From assembly GCA_029932605.1 (NCBI GenBank), contig JAOZPT010000020.1, forward strand, positions 1 through 39,930: DNA of 39,930 nt, given 5' to 3'. The notes under the pieces were generated by a model. It saw only the letters and a list, made by a program, of their open reading frames with translations, was not told the DNA's origin and ran no database searches. A program made the translations under genes and the position numbers. This DNA comes from Candidatus Zixiibacteriota bacterium (GTDB lineage: Bacteria > Zixibacteria > MSB-5A5 > UBA10806 > 4484-95). This document shows, one piece after another, positions 1-9,576 of the stretch (the first letter of the stretch is position 1; each line of letters opens with the position of its first letter).

Positions 1-132
1 AAATACATATCGATGGTGAAACTATGGCAAAAAACAGACAGCAATGATTAATATGAATTATCAACAAAAGAAGGACTATTTATTTAGACCAACGCAAATT
101 GTTTTTCAGGAAAACTCTTTAAATGAAAAACC

Positions 133-160
133 TTGACTGTTAAATTATAAAATATATATT
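133..160 (+). promoter_or_regulatory. Putative sigma70-type promoter for the polysaccharide cluster
   Basis: TTGACT (133-138), 16-nt spacer, TATATT (155-160), in very AT-rich DNA about 60 nt upstream of the first CDS. Confidence 0.4.
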
Positions 161-219
161 TAAAAATTTAATATTGCCTTGGGATAAACTAGGGGGCAGG
201 TGAATAAAACGATGGATGG

Positions 220-1923
220 TTGAGTTTGAGTTGCAAAAATTATAGCTGTAAGAAAAATGTTTTCTCTTTATTCAATACTCATATTCTTTATGGTATTCTG
301 ATAGTTATCCTATCCTTGGCTTTGGTAGATTTGTCTTTTTCCCAAGAGGAGATCTTGCTTAAACCTCAAGAAGCTTTGGGTTATACTGAACTAAAAGCTG
401 GTGAGACTATAGCGCTGGATACACCTATCGATCCAAAGACCTACCGAATTGGGCCAGGTGACGAAATGACTATCTTTATCTGGGGAAACCTTCAGGCGCA
501 ATACGATCTAAAGGTTACCCCTGAGGGTAAACTTCTGTTTCCAAATATCGGGCCAATTGACGTTTCAGGTCTGTATTTGGATGAAGTAAAGTCTCGTATA
601 AAAAAGATGGTGCTTAAGCGTTATAAAAATATCCACGTGACATCTGATTTGACCGGTTTGCGTAAATTCAGGGTTTATGTCACAGGGGCGGTCAATTGCC
701 CTGGTGTTTACGAGGCCAATGGTTCAACTCGTGTTTCCGAGGTTATTTTAAAAGCTGGAGGTTTTGCTAATGAGGATAAGGAGCTCAATCGTTGGCAGAG
801 GCCAAAAAAGAAGGTGGAATTTCCTCCCGGAATCGCTTCTCATAGGAGAATTATTGTAAGCCATATTGATGGCGGAATAGATACGGCTGATGTTTTGATT
901 TTTGAACAGGCGGGTGACCTTAGGTACAATTATAAGTTGACCGATGGTGATAGGATTTTTGTACCGCTAAGAGAAGAAGATGTGAATCTATATGGGATTT
1001 TTGGTGGAGTGAGAAATCCTGGATATTTCGAATATTCTCCGCGAGATTCATTAAAAGATTTAATCGGTTTGGCTCATGGATTATCTATTGATGCGGAGAC
1101 TGCAAAGGCGGAGCTGGTTCGATTTAACGAGGATGACAGAACCACCTCCAAAACGGTTATAGCGTTGGGAGATATCTTAACAGGAAAAAGCCCGGATATA
1201 CATCTATTGCCAGATGACAGGATATATATCAGAACGGTTAAGTATTATCATGAAAAGCAACAAGTATTAATTATTGGCGAAGTAATGTTTCCCGGTTTTT
1301 ATGCCATAGAGCATGATTCCACTTATTTAACAGAGATAATTGAAAAAGCGGGAGGTTTTACGAAGCTAGCCTCTTTAACTGAGGCTGTAATGACCAGGTA
1401 TATCTCCAATGACACCAAAGATAGGGAGTTTGAAAGATTAAAGCAGATACCGGTAGCGGATATGTCTGATCTTGAATATGAGTATTTCAAGATAAAATCT
1501 AGGGAAGACCCTGGTCGGGTTTCTGTGGATTTCAAAGATCTGTTTAGTAACAATAAGGAAGGTGATATCATATTACGTGATGGTGATATTATCCATATCC
1601 CCAGAAGGAGCGAAGTAGTGGTTGTTTCTGGAGAAGTTGCCAATCCTGGTATGCTAAGCTATCATCCTCAATACAATTATCTTGATTATATAAAGCTTGC
1701 CGGTGGTTATAGTTTCCGTGCCGATAAGAGGAAAGCGAGGATTATCAAGGGCGTTACCGGTGAGTGGAAAAAAACCAACCGAAAAACCAAGATCGATCCT
1801 GGTGATGTTATTCTTGTTCCAGAGAAGCAGAAGATTAAATACTGGACTGTCATAAAGGATGTTGTATCTTTTCTGGGAAGTACAGCCACAGTTTATTTAG
1901 TTATAAGGGAGGCCACAAAATAG
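220..1923 (+). CDS. Polysaccharide export protein with Poly_export and multiple SLBB domains (Wza/KpsD-like)
   Basis: Poly_export motif YRIGPGDEMTIFIWG...VTPEGKLLFPNIGPI. Repeated SLBB units (VTGAVNCPGVY, GGVRNPGYF, GEVMFPGFY, GEVANPG). N-terminal hydrophobic signal and C-terminal amphipathic helix. The TTG start is uncertain. Confidence 0.85.
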   Translation: MSLSCKNYSCKKNVFSLFNTHILYGILIVILSLALVDLSFSQEEILLKPQEALGYTELKAGETIALDTPIDPKTYRIGPGDEMTIFIWGNLQAQYDLKVTPEGKLLFPNIGPIDVSGLYLDEVKSRIKKMVLKRYKNIHVTSDLTGLRKFRVYVTGAVNCPGVYEANGSTRVSEVILKAGGFANEDKELNRWQRPKKKVEFPPGIASHRRIIVSHIDGGIDTADVLIFEQAGDLRYNYKLTDGDRIFVPLREEDVNLYGIFGGVRNPGYFEYSPRDSLKDLIGLAHGLSIDAETAKAELVRFNEDDRTTSKTVIALGDILTGKSPDIHLLPDDRIYIRTVKYYHEKQQVLIIGEVMFPGFYAIEHDSTYLTEIIEKAGGFTKLASLTEAVMTRYISNDTKDREFERLKQIPVADMSDLEYEYFKIKSREDPGRVSVDFKDLFSNNKEGDIILRDGDIIHIPRRSEVVVVSGEVANPGMLSYHPQYNYLDYIKLAGGYSFRADKRKARIIKGVTGEWKKTNRKTKIDPGDVILVPEKQKIKYWTVIKDVVSFLGSTATVYLVIREATK

Positions 1924-1929
1924 GCTATT

Positions 1930-3192
1930 ATGAATGATATTAAAAAAGATGGGGCGAGTTTGTGGGACATATTATCAGTGATTGTTAAATGGCGTCGTTT
2001 GCTTGTGATGAATTTTCTGATGGCATCCATTTTCATATTAATAGTTTCCTTTTTCCTTCCAAATTGGTATATATCCCGTGCCTCGATATTTCCCCCTGAG
2101 GAGGAAACGCCCGGTTTTGGATTTGCTTCATCAATTTTAGGTGGCGGTTTAGCTGGAGCTCTATCTTCATACAAAATGGCTCTGCCGGCCTTTGCCACCC
2201 CCTCGGACCTATATGCTTCTATTTTACGAAGTCGGATTGTATCTGAAAGCGTCGTTAAAAAACATGATTTCCAAAAAATTTACGGTGTTGGTTCGCTCGA
2301 AAAAGCACTGAAAATTTTGGCCAGCCACCTAAATGTAAAAGTTGAACCCGAGGGTATAATCAGAGTAAGCTTTGAAGACAAAGATCCAGAACTTGCTGCT
2401 TCTGTGGTTAACTCTTTTATTGAGGAGTTAAACAAGGTCAATAACGAAGTTCTGCTTTTAAGGGCGACAGCAACCCGCCACTTTATTGAGGAGAGACTTG
2501 CTCAGACAAAGATAGAATTAACCAAAGCAGAGGAAGATTATCGTGCTTTTCAGGAAGAGCATAAAGCAATTTCTTTAGATGACCAGATGCGGGCTATGAT
2601 AGACAATTTAGCTGAGTTGAAGAAACAGCTTTTTCTTGCGGAGATTGAACTTGGGGTTTTAAAGCGCTCCTTTTTACCTACTCATACCGAGGTAAAACGA
2701 CAGGAGGCCAAAATTGACGAGATAAAGAAGCAGATCAATATATTAGAAGAGGGCGCCTCAAATAACAAAAAGGAAGGAGAGCTTTCAATACCGTTTTCGG
2801 AAGCTCCCGATTTGAGTTTACAACTGGTCCGATTAACACGCCAATTGAAGATTCAGGAAACTATCTATGAGTTTCTTACCCAGGAATATGAAAAAGTGAA
2901 AATACAGGAAAAAAAGGATACACCCACGATTCAGATACTTGACCCTCCGACGGTCCCCGAGGTGAAAAGCCGTCCCCGAAGAAGCATGATGGCTGTAATG
3001 GCCGGGTTGTTGAGTTTTTTGCTAACCACAGTGGCTGTTTTTGTAAAGGAGTTTGTTGATAGAAATAAACGGAACGACACAGAAACATATCGCCAGTTGG
3101 ATAAGATTTTGGTAACGGTCAAGGATGATTTTTATGCTTTGAGGTCTTTATTTATGAGAAAGAAGGGAGAGGATAATGACCGGACCAATTGA
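1930..3192 (+). CDS. Polysaccharide co-polymerase / chain-length determinant (Wzz/GumC-like, no kinase domain)
   Basis: Two TM segments flank a long coiled coil. Proline-rich IQILDPPTVPEVKSRPRR precedes TM2. No Walker A motif or C-terminal Tyr cluster. Confidence 0.85.
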   Translation: MNDIKKDGASLWDILSVIVKWRRLLVMNFLMASIFILIVSFFLPNWYISRASIFPPEEETPGFGFASSILGGGLAGALSSYKMALPAFATPSDLYASILRSRIVSESVVKKHDFQKIYGVGSLEKALKILASHLNVKVEPEGIIRVSFEDKDPELAASVVNSFIEELNKVNNEVLLLRATATRHFIEERLAQTKIELTKAEEDYRAFQEEHKAISLDDQMRAMIDNLAELKKQLFLAEIELGVLKRSFLPTHTEVKRQEAKIDEIKKQINILEEGASNNKKEGELSIPFSEAPDLSLQLVRLTRQLKIQETIYEFLTQEYEKVKIQEKKDTPTIQILDPPTVPEVKSRPRRSMMAVMAGLLSFLLTTVAVFVKEFVDRNKRNDTETYRQLDKILVTVKDDFYALRSLFMRKKGEDNDRTN

Positions 3193-4201
3193 GATTGGCC
3201 AGGTCGGACTTGGCGCCTGGGGGAAAAATCTTTTACGAAATTTTATCATGCTTAATCAGTGCCACGTGAAGGTTGCTTGTGATATTGATGCTACTCAACG
3301 TGCTAAAGCCTCGGAGATGTTCCCCGGAGTCGTTATTACTAACAAGTATGAAGATATCATAAAGGATGATAAAATTAGGGCTGTTGTTATAGCCACACCT
3401 CCGGCGATGCATTATCAGATAGCGATGGAGGCAATAAGAGCTGGTAAGGATGTTTTTGTGGAGAAACCGCTGGTGTTAAGCATTGATGAGGGGAAAAGTC
3501 TGGTTGAACTGGCAGAAAAAAATGACCGGATTTTAATGGTAGGGCATATAATGGAATACCATCCCGCCAGCCTTTTATTAAAACAATATATCAAGGATGG
3601 TATTTTAGGAGAAGTTTACTATCTTTACTCCTCGAGGATTAATCTTGGCAAAGTCAGAGATAATGAAAATTCGTTGTGGAGTTTTGCTCCTCATGACATT
3701 TCCCTGATAATATTTTTGCTTGGTAAATTTCCCAAAAGGGTAACAGCTACCGGTTCATATTATATTCAGAAGGGTATCGAGGACGTGTGTTTTATGACGA
3801 TGCATTTTGATGATAAAACGATGGCGCATGTTCATGTTAGCTGGCTTGATCCTCATAAGGAGCGGAAGCTAACGATAGTTGGCTCCAAGAAAATGGTTGT
3901 TTTTGATGATACCAAGGCCTCGGAGAAAATCTGGCTTTACGATAAGGGGGTTGATACAAAACTCGATTACACTACTTACGATGAATATATGAGCTTGAGA
4001 ATCGGCGATATTACAATTCCCCATGTTCCAAGTGGTGAGCCTTTAAGGTTTGAATGCATGCATTTTCTCGACTGTGTAAAGGACCACAAACACCCCCGCT
4101 CGGATGGTGATGATGGTTTACAAGTATTGTCTGTCCTTCAAGCGGCACAGAATTCGCTTGAAAAAGGAGGCGCACCTATCGAGGTGTTGAAAATCAGCTA
4201 A
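3176..4201 (+). CDS. Gfo/Idh/MocA-family oxidoreductase (WbpB/GnnA-like NDP-sugar 3-dehydrogenase)
   Basis: GLGAWG Rossmann motif, IATPPAMH, VFVEKP, MVGH and APHD. Clustered with an aminotransferase and an acetyltransferase. Confidence 0.85.
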   Translation: MTGPIEIGQVGLGAWGKNLLRNFIMLNQCHVKVACDIDATQRAKASEMFPGVVITNKYEDIIKDDKIRAVVIATPPAMHYQIAMEAIRAGKDVFVEKPLVLSIDEGKSLVELAEKNDRILMVGHIMEYHPASLLLKQYIKDGILGEVYYLYSSRINLGKVRDNENSLWSFAPHDISLIIFLLGKFPKRVTATGSYYIQKGIEDVCFMTMHFDDKTMAHVHVSWLDPHKERKLTIVGSKKMVVFDDTKASEKIWLYDKGVDTKLDYTTYDEYMSLRIGDITIPHVPSGEPLRFECMHFLDCVKDHKHPRSDGDDGLQVLSVLQAAQNSLEKGGAPIEVLKIS

Positions 4202-4212
4202 GCAGGTGGTCT

Positions 4213-4971
4213 ATGGCTAATAAGATTGATAAATCGGCGCGCATTGCTGATGATGTTTTACTGGGAGATTTTTGTGTGATCTCGAAGAATGTTACTATCG
4301 GTTCGGGGTGTGTCATTGGCAATGGGGTTGTAATCCATTCGGATACCCGGATCGGTTCCAATGTCCGTATTGACGATAATTCTGTCCTTGGCAAACTGCC
4401 TATGCGGGCGGCTAATACCGCTGTCACCAAGGACCAGCAATTACAGCCTCTGGAAATTGATGATGGTTGTATTATCGGTACATCGGTGGTTTTGTATCGC
4501 GGCTGTAAAATTGGCAGAAAAGTTTTGGTGGCCGATCTATCGTCAGTGAGAGAGAATGTCTCAATTGGGAAGTTTACGATAGTTGGTCGGGGTGTAACAA
4601 TTGAAAACTATTGTGAGGTTGGTTCCTACTGTAAACTTGAGACAAATGTTTATCTGACCGCTTATTCAAAAGTTGAGGACAGGGTTTTTATCGCTCCCTG
4701 TGTTGTTACCTCGAATGATAATTATGTTGGCCGCACCGAGGAAAGATTCAAGCATTTTAAGGGAATAACGGTTAAGAAAGGTGGTCGAATAGGTGTTGGG
4801 GCGGTTATCCTTCCTGGCAAAACCATTGGGGCGGACTGTCTTGTTGCGGCCGGGGCGGTGGTCACCGCCGATACACAGGATAAGATTATTGTGGCCGGAG
4901 TCCCTGCAAAATATTTTAGCGAAGTACCCGAGGAACAGCTACTGGAAAACCAGAATTGGGAGAAAAAATGA
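4213..4971 (+). CDS. Hexapeptide-repeat (left-handed beta-helix) sugar N-acetyltransferase, WbpD-like
   Basis: Extensive [IV]-G-x-x-[VC]-x-I repeats, VFIAPCVVTSND, GAVILPG, GAVVT and a C-terminal GVPAK. Confidence 0.85.
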   Translation: MANKIDKSARIADDVLLGDFCVISKNVTIGSGCVIGNGVVIHSDTRIGSNVRIDDNSVLGKLPMRAANTAVTKDQQLQPLEIDDGCIIGTSVVLYRGCKIGRKVLVADLSSVRENVSIGKFTIVGRGVTIENYCEVGSYCKLETNVYLTAYSKVEDRVFIAPCVVTSNDNYVGRTEERFKHFKGITVKKGGRIGVGAVILPGKTIGADCLVAAGAVVTADTQDKIIVAGVPAKYFSEVPEEQLLENQNWEKK

Positions 4972-6074
4972 AAGTACCGTTGTTGGATTTGAGTAAACAA
5001 TATTTGTCCATCAAAGAAGAAATAGATGATGCTATAAAAAGAGTACTTGAGCATTGTCGTTTTATTATGGGGCCCGAGGTAAGTCAGCTTGAGGAGGAAC
5101 TGGCTCGTTACTGCGATTCTAAGTATGCGGTGGCGGTTGCTTCTGGAACCGATGCTTTGCTTCTTTCATTGCGAGCTTTGGGTGTTGGTTATGGCGATGA
5201 GGTTATTACAACGGGTTTTTCCTTTTTTGCTACTGCTGGTGTGATTTCCCGCCTTGGTGCAGTGCCGGTTTTTTGCGATGTAGAAAAGAGAACTTTTAAT
5301 ATAGATACAAGATTGATAGAAGCGAAAATTAACTCCAAGACTAAAGCTATAATGCCAGTCCATTTATATGGGCAGATGGCTGATATGGACAGCCTTATGG
5401 AAATTGCCAACCATTACAATATTCCGGTTGTGGAAGATGCCGCTCAGGCTATTGGGGCTAAATATAAGAATAAGGTTGCCGGCAGCATTGGTAGAACCTC
5501 CGGTTTTTCGTTTTTTCCAAGTAAAAACCTTGGTGCTTATGGCGATGGAGGTTTTATTTCGACAAACGATGACGAGCTTGTGGAAACTCTCCGGAAACTG
5601 AGGGTTCATGGTGCCAAACCAAAATATCATCATGCTATAGTGGGTTACAACAGCCGTCTTGACACGATCCAGGCGGCAATCCTTCTGGTAAAGCTTTCTC
5701 ATCTTGATCAATGGCATGAGGAACGCAGGAGGAAGGCGCAATTATATGACGAACAGTTGTCAGGTTTAAGTGGTTTGGAGACGCCTTTTGTCCATGAATA
5801 TAACTATCATATTTACCATCAATATACATTAAAGGTGAAAAACCGCGAGAAGTTAAAAGAACTTTTAAAAGAAAAGAATATCGGCTTTGACACTTACTAC
5901 CCATTGCCTTTATCTTTGCAGGAATGTTATAAACATCTTTTATATAAAGAAGGTGACTTGCCTGTAGCTGAGGAGCTTTCTAAGCAAGTGATATCATTAC
6001 CCGTTTTCCCCGAAATCACAGAAGAACAACAAGCGTATGTAATTGACACCATCAAAGGTTTTTATAGCGGGTAA
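4968..6074 (+). CDS. DegT/DnrJ/EryC1/StrS PLP-dependent sugar aminotransferase (WbpE/GnnB-like)
   Basis: ASGTDAL, PVHLYGQ, EDAAQAIGA, SFFPSKNLGAYGDGG (PLP lysine) and GYNSRLD. ATG 4968 overlaps the upstream stop (ATGA), so it is preferred over TTG 4956. Confidence 0.92.
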   Translation: MKVPLLDLSKQYLSIKEEIDDAIKRVLEHCRFIMGPEVSQLEEELARYCDSKYAVAVASGTDALLLSLRALGVGYGDEVITTGFSFFATAGVISRLGAVPVFCDVEKRTFNIDTRLIEAKINSKTKAIMPVHLYGQMADMDSLMEIANHYNIPVVEDAAQAIGAKYKNKVAGSIGRTSGFSFFPSKNLGAYGDGGFISTNDDELVETLRKLRVHGAKPKYHHAIVGYNSRLDTIQAAILLVKLSHLDQWHEERRRKAQLYDEQLSGLSGLETPFVHEYNYHIYHQYTLKVKNREKLKELLKEKNIGFDTYYPLPLSLQECYKHLLYKEGDLPVAEELSKQVISLPVFPEITEEQQAYVIDTIKGFYSG

Positions 6075-7138
6075 TGGAAAAGATAGCAATTGTTGTAGGA
6101 GCTCGCCCTCAATTTATAAAGCTGTCACCTTTGATCGAGGTTTTATTGGGCAAGGTCAGATTGATTGTTGTTCATACTGGACAGCATTATGATTTTGAGA
6201 TGTCTGACCTTTTTTTTAAACAGCTGGATATTCCCTATCCCGATTACCATTTAGGCGTTGGCTCTGCCAACCAGGCAACACAGACCGGCAGGATGATGGT
6301 TAAGCTTGAAAAAGTTTTACTTAAGGAATCTCCTGATTTGGTCATAGTGATAGGTGATACCAACAGTACTCTTGCTGGCGCTGTCACAGCCGCTAAAGAC
6401 AACATTATACTAGCCCATGTCGAAGCTGGTTTACGCTCGAAGAACCAAAAACTCCCCGAGCAAATAAACCGTATTGTAACAGATAGACTGTCGGATATTC
6501 TTTGCTGTCCCAACCAGAGTTCGATGGACAACCTTAAATCTGAAAATATCATGCGTGGAGTATTTTTAACGGGTGATATTCTGTATGATCTCATCGCCAG
6601 AATCAATCCATCTGTGGAACAAACTTCAAAAATACTTATGAAAAACAAGCTTGAGGAAGGCAAGTTTGTTTTTCTCACCGTGCATCGTGCAGAGAATGTG
6701 GATAATCCCGAGTTCTTGAAATCTTTAGTATCAGGTTTGCAGGGTTTTCCCGTGAAGGTCTTTTTGCCATTACATCCGCGTACAGAAAAGAATTTGAAGA
6801 AGCATAACTTATATGACAGACTGGGGGCTAACCCTGTTGTTCAAATATCAAAACCGATAGGCATTATTGAAAGCCTGGCATTGACTAAATCGTCACTGGG
6901 CGTTATCACTGATTCGGGTGGGCTACAAAGGGAAGCGGCTTTTTTTGGGAAAAAAGCTTATATATTACGTGACGAAACCGAATGGCTCGAGCTTGAAAGA
7001 TGCGGTATGGTGCAATGTATTGGCCATGATTTGAAAGATGTTGAATTCAACTGGGATGATTACTCCTCGCCGGGTGACGATTATTTTCAGAAAGCTTCGA
7101 AAAAAATAGCTGAATCGATATTCAATTATCAATTGTAA
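6074..7138 (+). CDS. wecB: Non-hydrolysing UDP-N-acetylglucosamine 2-epimerase family (WecB/WbpI-like)
   Basis: GARPQFIK, HTGQHYD, GDTNSTLA, HVEAGLRS, TDSGGLQREA and LRDETEW motifs. Confidence 0.9.
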   Translation: MEKIAIVVGARPQFIKLSPLIEVLLGKVRLIVVHTGQHYDFEMSDLFFKQLDIPYPDYHLGVGSANQATQTGRMMVKLEKVLLKESPDLVIVIGDTNSTLAGAVTAAKDNIILAHVEAGLRSKNQKLPEQINRIVTDRLSDILCCPNQSSMDNLKSENIMRGVFLTGDILYDLIARINPSVEQTSKILMKNKLEEGKFVFLTVHRAENVDNPEFLKSLVSGLQGFPVKVFLPLHPRTEKNLKKHNLYDRLGANPVVQISKPIGIIESLALTKSSLGVITDSGGLQREAAFFGKKAYILRDETEWLELERCGMVQCIGHDLKDVEFNWDDYSSPGDDYFQKASKKIAESIFNYQL

Positions 7139-7282
7139 GGTCTTATCCTTGGGTTTTTGTATGATAGAATTTTATTATACATTTTGTTAAATGCACATCT
7201 GTTGAGAGTTTTTCGGGAAGTTTAAAAAGATTGCTTAGTCTGATAATTTCAATTAATCAACTGTCGAGACCATGATGTTATC

Positions 7283-8377
7283 ATGATATTGTTTATGGAA
7301 TATTCCGGAAAGGGCAAAAGAGGTGGAGAGCGTTACAATGCTCGGCTTCATTCTTTTCTTGTGAGTAAGTTTCCGAATACGAAACCTGAAAAATTGACCA
7401 AAATTCCTTTAGAAATCAGTAGTCCTGTTAAGCATGCGAGATACAGTCTGGGCATGGTTAAAAATTACAATCCGGATTTAGTCGTCTTGGATATTTCATC
7501 GGGATGCCGAAATGTTCTGGCGGTAAGGTGGATGAAAAAAAGAAAAAAAAGGGTAATGGTGATAGTCCAAGGGCAGAGAATGGAATTCAAATATGATAAC
7601 GCTTTGCTTAAATTGGTTGTCCACCACTGTGAGAATTATCTTTTAAAAAATAGCGATATCGTGCTGGTAAATAGTAAGTTTACTGCGAGTCAGGTCAGAA
7701 AAAGAGTCTCCATGAATGTTCCTGTTCTTATAGCTTATCCTGGTTTATGGCTATCTGTTATGCCGTCGAAAAAAACCAACGTTTTAATTGAAAACAAAGT
7801 TCGAATCAACTTGTTATTTGTTGGAGAGTGTACAAAGGTGAAGGGGTTGAAATTTCTTATAGAGGCTTTATGTTTTTTAAAAGATCTTGATTTCGGGTTG
7901 GATATAGTCGGATGGTATTCACCGGATAGTCCGTATTTCAGGAATATAGCCACGATAATAAGTAGAAATAATCTTGACGAAAAAGTTAGATTTCATGGAT
8001 TTGTTGACAATCATTCTCTTTTTGATTTTTATGCAAAATGTACAATTTTGGTGATGCCATCGCTTTCGGAGGGGTACGGTATGGTATTGGCGGAGGCTTT
8101 GTGTTTTGGTTTGCCAATCGTTGCTAGCAAAGCCGGAGCAATTCCAGAGATGGTGGTTGATGGCGTCAATGCTATTTTGGTGAAACCGGGGGATTCGCAG
8201 GCATTAGCTGAGGCTATAAGAGCTTTGGCTTCGGACAGGGCTTTACGGGAAAAAATGAGCAAAGCCAATCTGGAGAGGTCAAAGACCTTGCCGCAGTGGG
8301 ATGATTTTGACAGGGTGTTAGAAACCCGGTTAGGACCTATTATAGAGAATTTAACAGGGTTGAAGCCAGGGTTATAA
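7283..8377 (+). CDS. Glycosyltransferase, GT-B fold (GT4 family)
   Basis: LLFVG...KG, PSLSEGYGMVLAEA (EX7E) and GLPIVAS. Confidence 0.88.
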   Translation: MILFMEYSGKGKRGGERYNARLHSFLVSKFPNTKPEKLTKIPLEISSPVKHARYSLGMVKNYNPDLVVLDISSGCRNVLAVRWMKKRKKRVMVIVQGQRMEFKYDNALLKLVVHHCENYLLKNSDIVLVNSKFTASQVRKRVSMNVPVLIAYPGLWLSVMPSKKTNVLIENKVRINLLFVGECTKVKGLKFLIEALCFLKDLDFGLDIVGWYSPDSPYFRNIATIISRNNLDEKVRFHGFVDNHSLFDFYAKCTILVMPSLSEGYGMVLAEALCFGLPIVASKAGAIPEMVVDGVNAILVKPGDSQALAEAIRALASDRALREKMSKANLERSKTLPQWDDFDRVLETRLGPIIENLTGLKPGL

Positions 8378-8453
8378 GGATTATTTAACAATGATAATTG
8401 ATTTTGATCTGGCTAACGATAGAGAGAAATGAGGACGGTATTAGATACTTATT

Positions 8454-9509
8454 ATGAGAATCTGTATATTAGGATCGGCTAATTCTGTCCATATTGAAAG
8501 ATGGATTAAATCGTTGGCTGATTTGGGAAATGAGTTACTATTGGTCTCGCTTTATCCGGGGGAAGTTGAAGGAGCCAGAAATCTTATTTTAAAAAGAACT
8601 GGAAAGATTCTATATACAACACATTATTTTTCTATAAAAAAGGCTTTACGGGATTTCAAACCAGATATTCTTCATGCTCACCACGCTTCGAGTTACGGAT
8701 TTCTTGGTGCTCTCCAGAATCTTCACCCTTTTATCGTATCAGTTTGGGGTTACGATGTTTTATTGTTTCCAAAGAAATCAACTTTGCACAAGTATTTAGT
8801 AAAGTATACATTGAATAGAGCTGATAAGATAACCGCTACAAGTAAGGCTCTTGCTAAAGCAGTTGAAGGTTTAGTTGACCGAACGCCGGTCATTATCCCT
8901 TTTGGAGTGGATAGGCGTTTTTTAGAGGTTGATAGGATTTATGATAAGCAAAAGTATGTAATAGGTATTATAAAAGACTTAAAGCCAGTCTATGGTATAG
9001 ATGTATTGATAAAAGCGTTTGCCGGACTTGTTGGAAAAGGTTATCCTATAGAATTATTAATCGTTGGTGCGGGTGAGCTAAGGGATGAACTTTTTGGACT
9101 TTGCCGTCAATTGAATGTTCAAAAAAACGTTACTTTCAAAGGTAGGATACCTCATTCGGAGGTTATTGATTTATTGAAAGAAATCGATATTTTTGCCATT
9201 CCATCATATTCGGAGGGTTTCGGTGTAGCAGCGGTTGAGGCGATGGCGACTGGTTTGCCGGTGGTGGCCTCAAATGTCGGCGGACTGCCGGAGGTTGTTG
9301 ATGATGGCAAAACCGGTATCTTAGTAGAACCTGGCGACGTTGAGGCCTTGAAACAAGCTCTTGAATACTACATATTATCAAAGGAGGCCAGGATTGAACA
9401 TGGCCGTCGTGGAAGAGAAAAAGTTAGGGCAAAGTATGACTGGCAAAAAAATGCTGAGAGCATGAATCGGTTGTATAAGGAGATTTTGGCTAAAAAAAGA
9501 TTTAATTAG
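8454..9509 (+). CDS. Glycosyltransferase, GT4 family
   Basis: PDILHAHHASSYG, SVWGYDV, PSYSEGFGVAAVEAMATGLPVVASNVGGLPEVV. Confidence 0.92.
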   Translation: MRICILGSANSVHIERWIKSLADLGNELLLVSLYPGEVEGARNLILKRTGKILYTTHYFSIKKALRDFKPDILHAHHASSYGFLGALQNLHPFIVSVWGYDVLLFPKKSTLHKYLVKYTLNRADKITATSKALAKAVEGLVDRTPVIIPFGVDRRFLEVDRIYDKQKYVIGIIKDLKPVYGIDVLIKAFAGLVGKGYPIELLIVGAGELRDELFGLCRQLNVQKNVTFKGRIPHSEVIDLLKEIDIFAIPSYSEGFGVAAVEAMATGLPVVASNVGGLPEVVDDGKTGILVEPGDVEALKQALEYYILSKEARIEHGRRGREKVRAKYDWQKNAESMNRLYKEILAKKRFN

Positions 9510-9576
9510 GTAGTTGCCCGCGTATGAATAAAATAAATTCGTTGTTTTTTCAATTAATCTGATTGGTTATTAGTTC

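Noticed and set aside
1..219. Possible ops/JUMPStart antitermination element or riboswitch ahead of the polysaccharide cluster
   Set aside because: No GGCGGTAG-like core and no convincing structured RNA. The region is simply AT-rich.
200..223. Tiny ORF GTG-AAT-AAA-ACG-ATG-GAT-GGT-TGA behind a G-rich stretch, overlapping the TTG start of the first gene
   Set aside because: It could be a coupling leader or mark a frameshifted N-terminus, but 7 codons is within chance and there is no further support.
7271..7285. Hairpin CATGAT-GTT-ATCATG overlapping the first GT4 start codon
   Set aside because: The 6-bp AT-rich stem is too weak to claim translational control.
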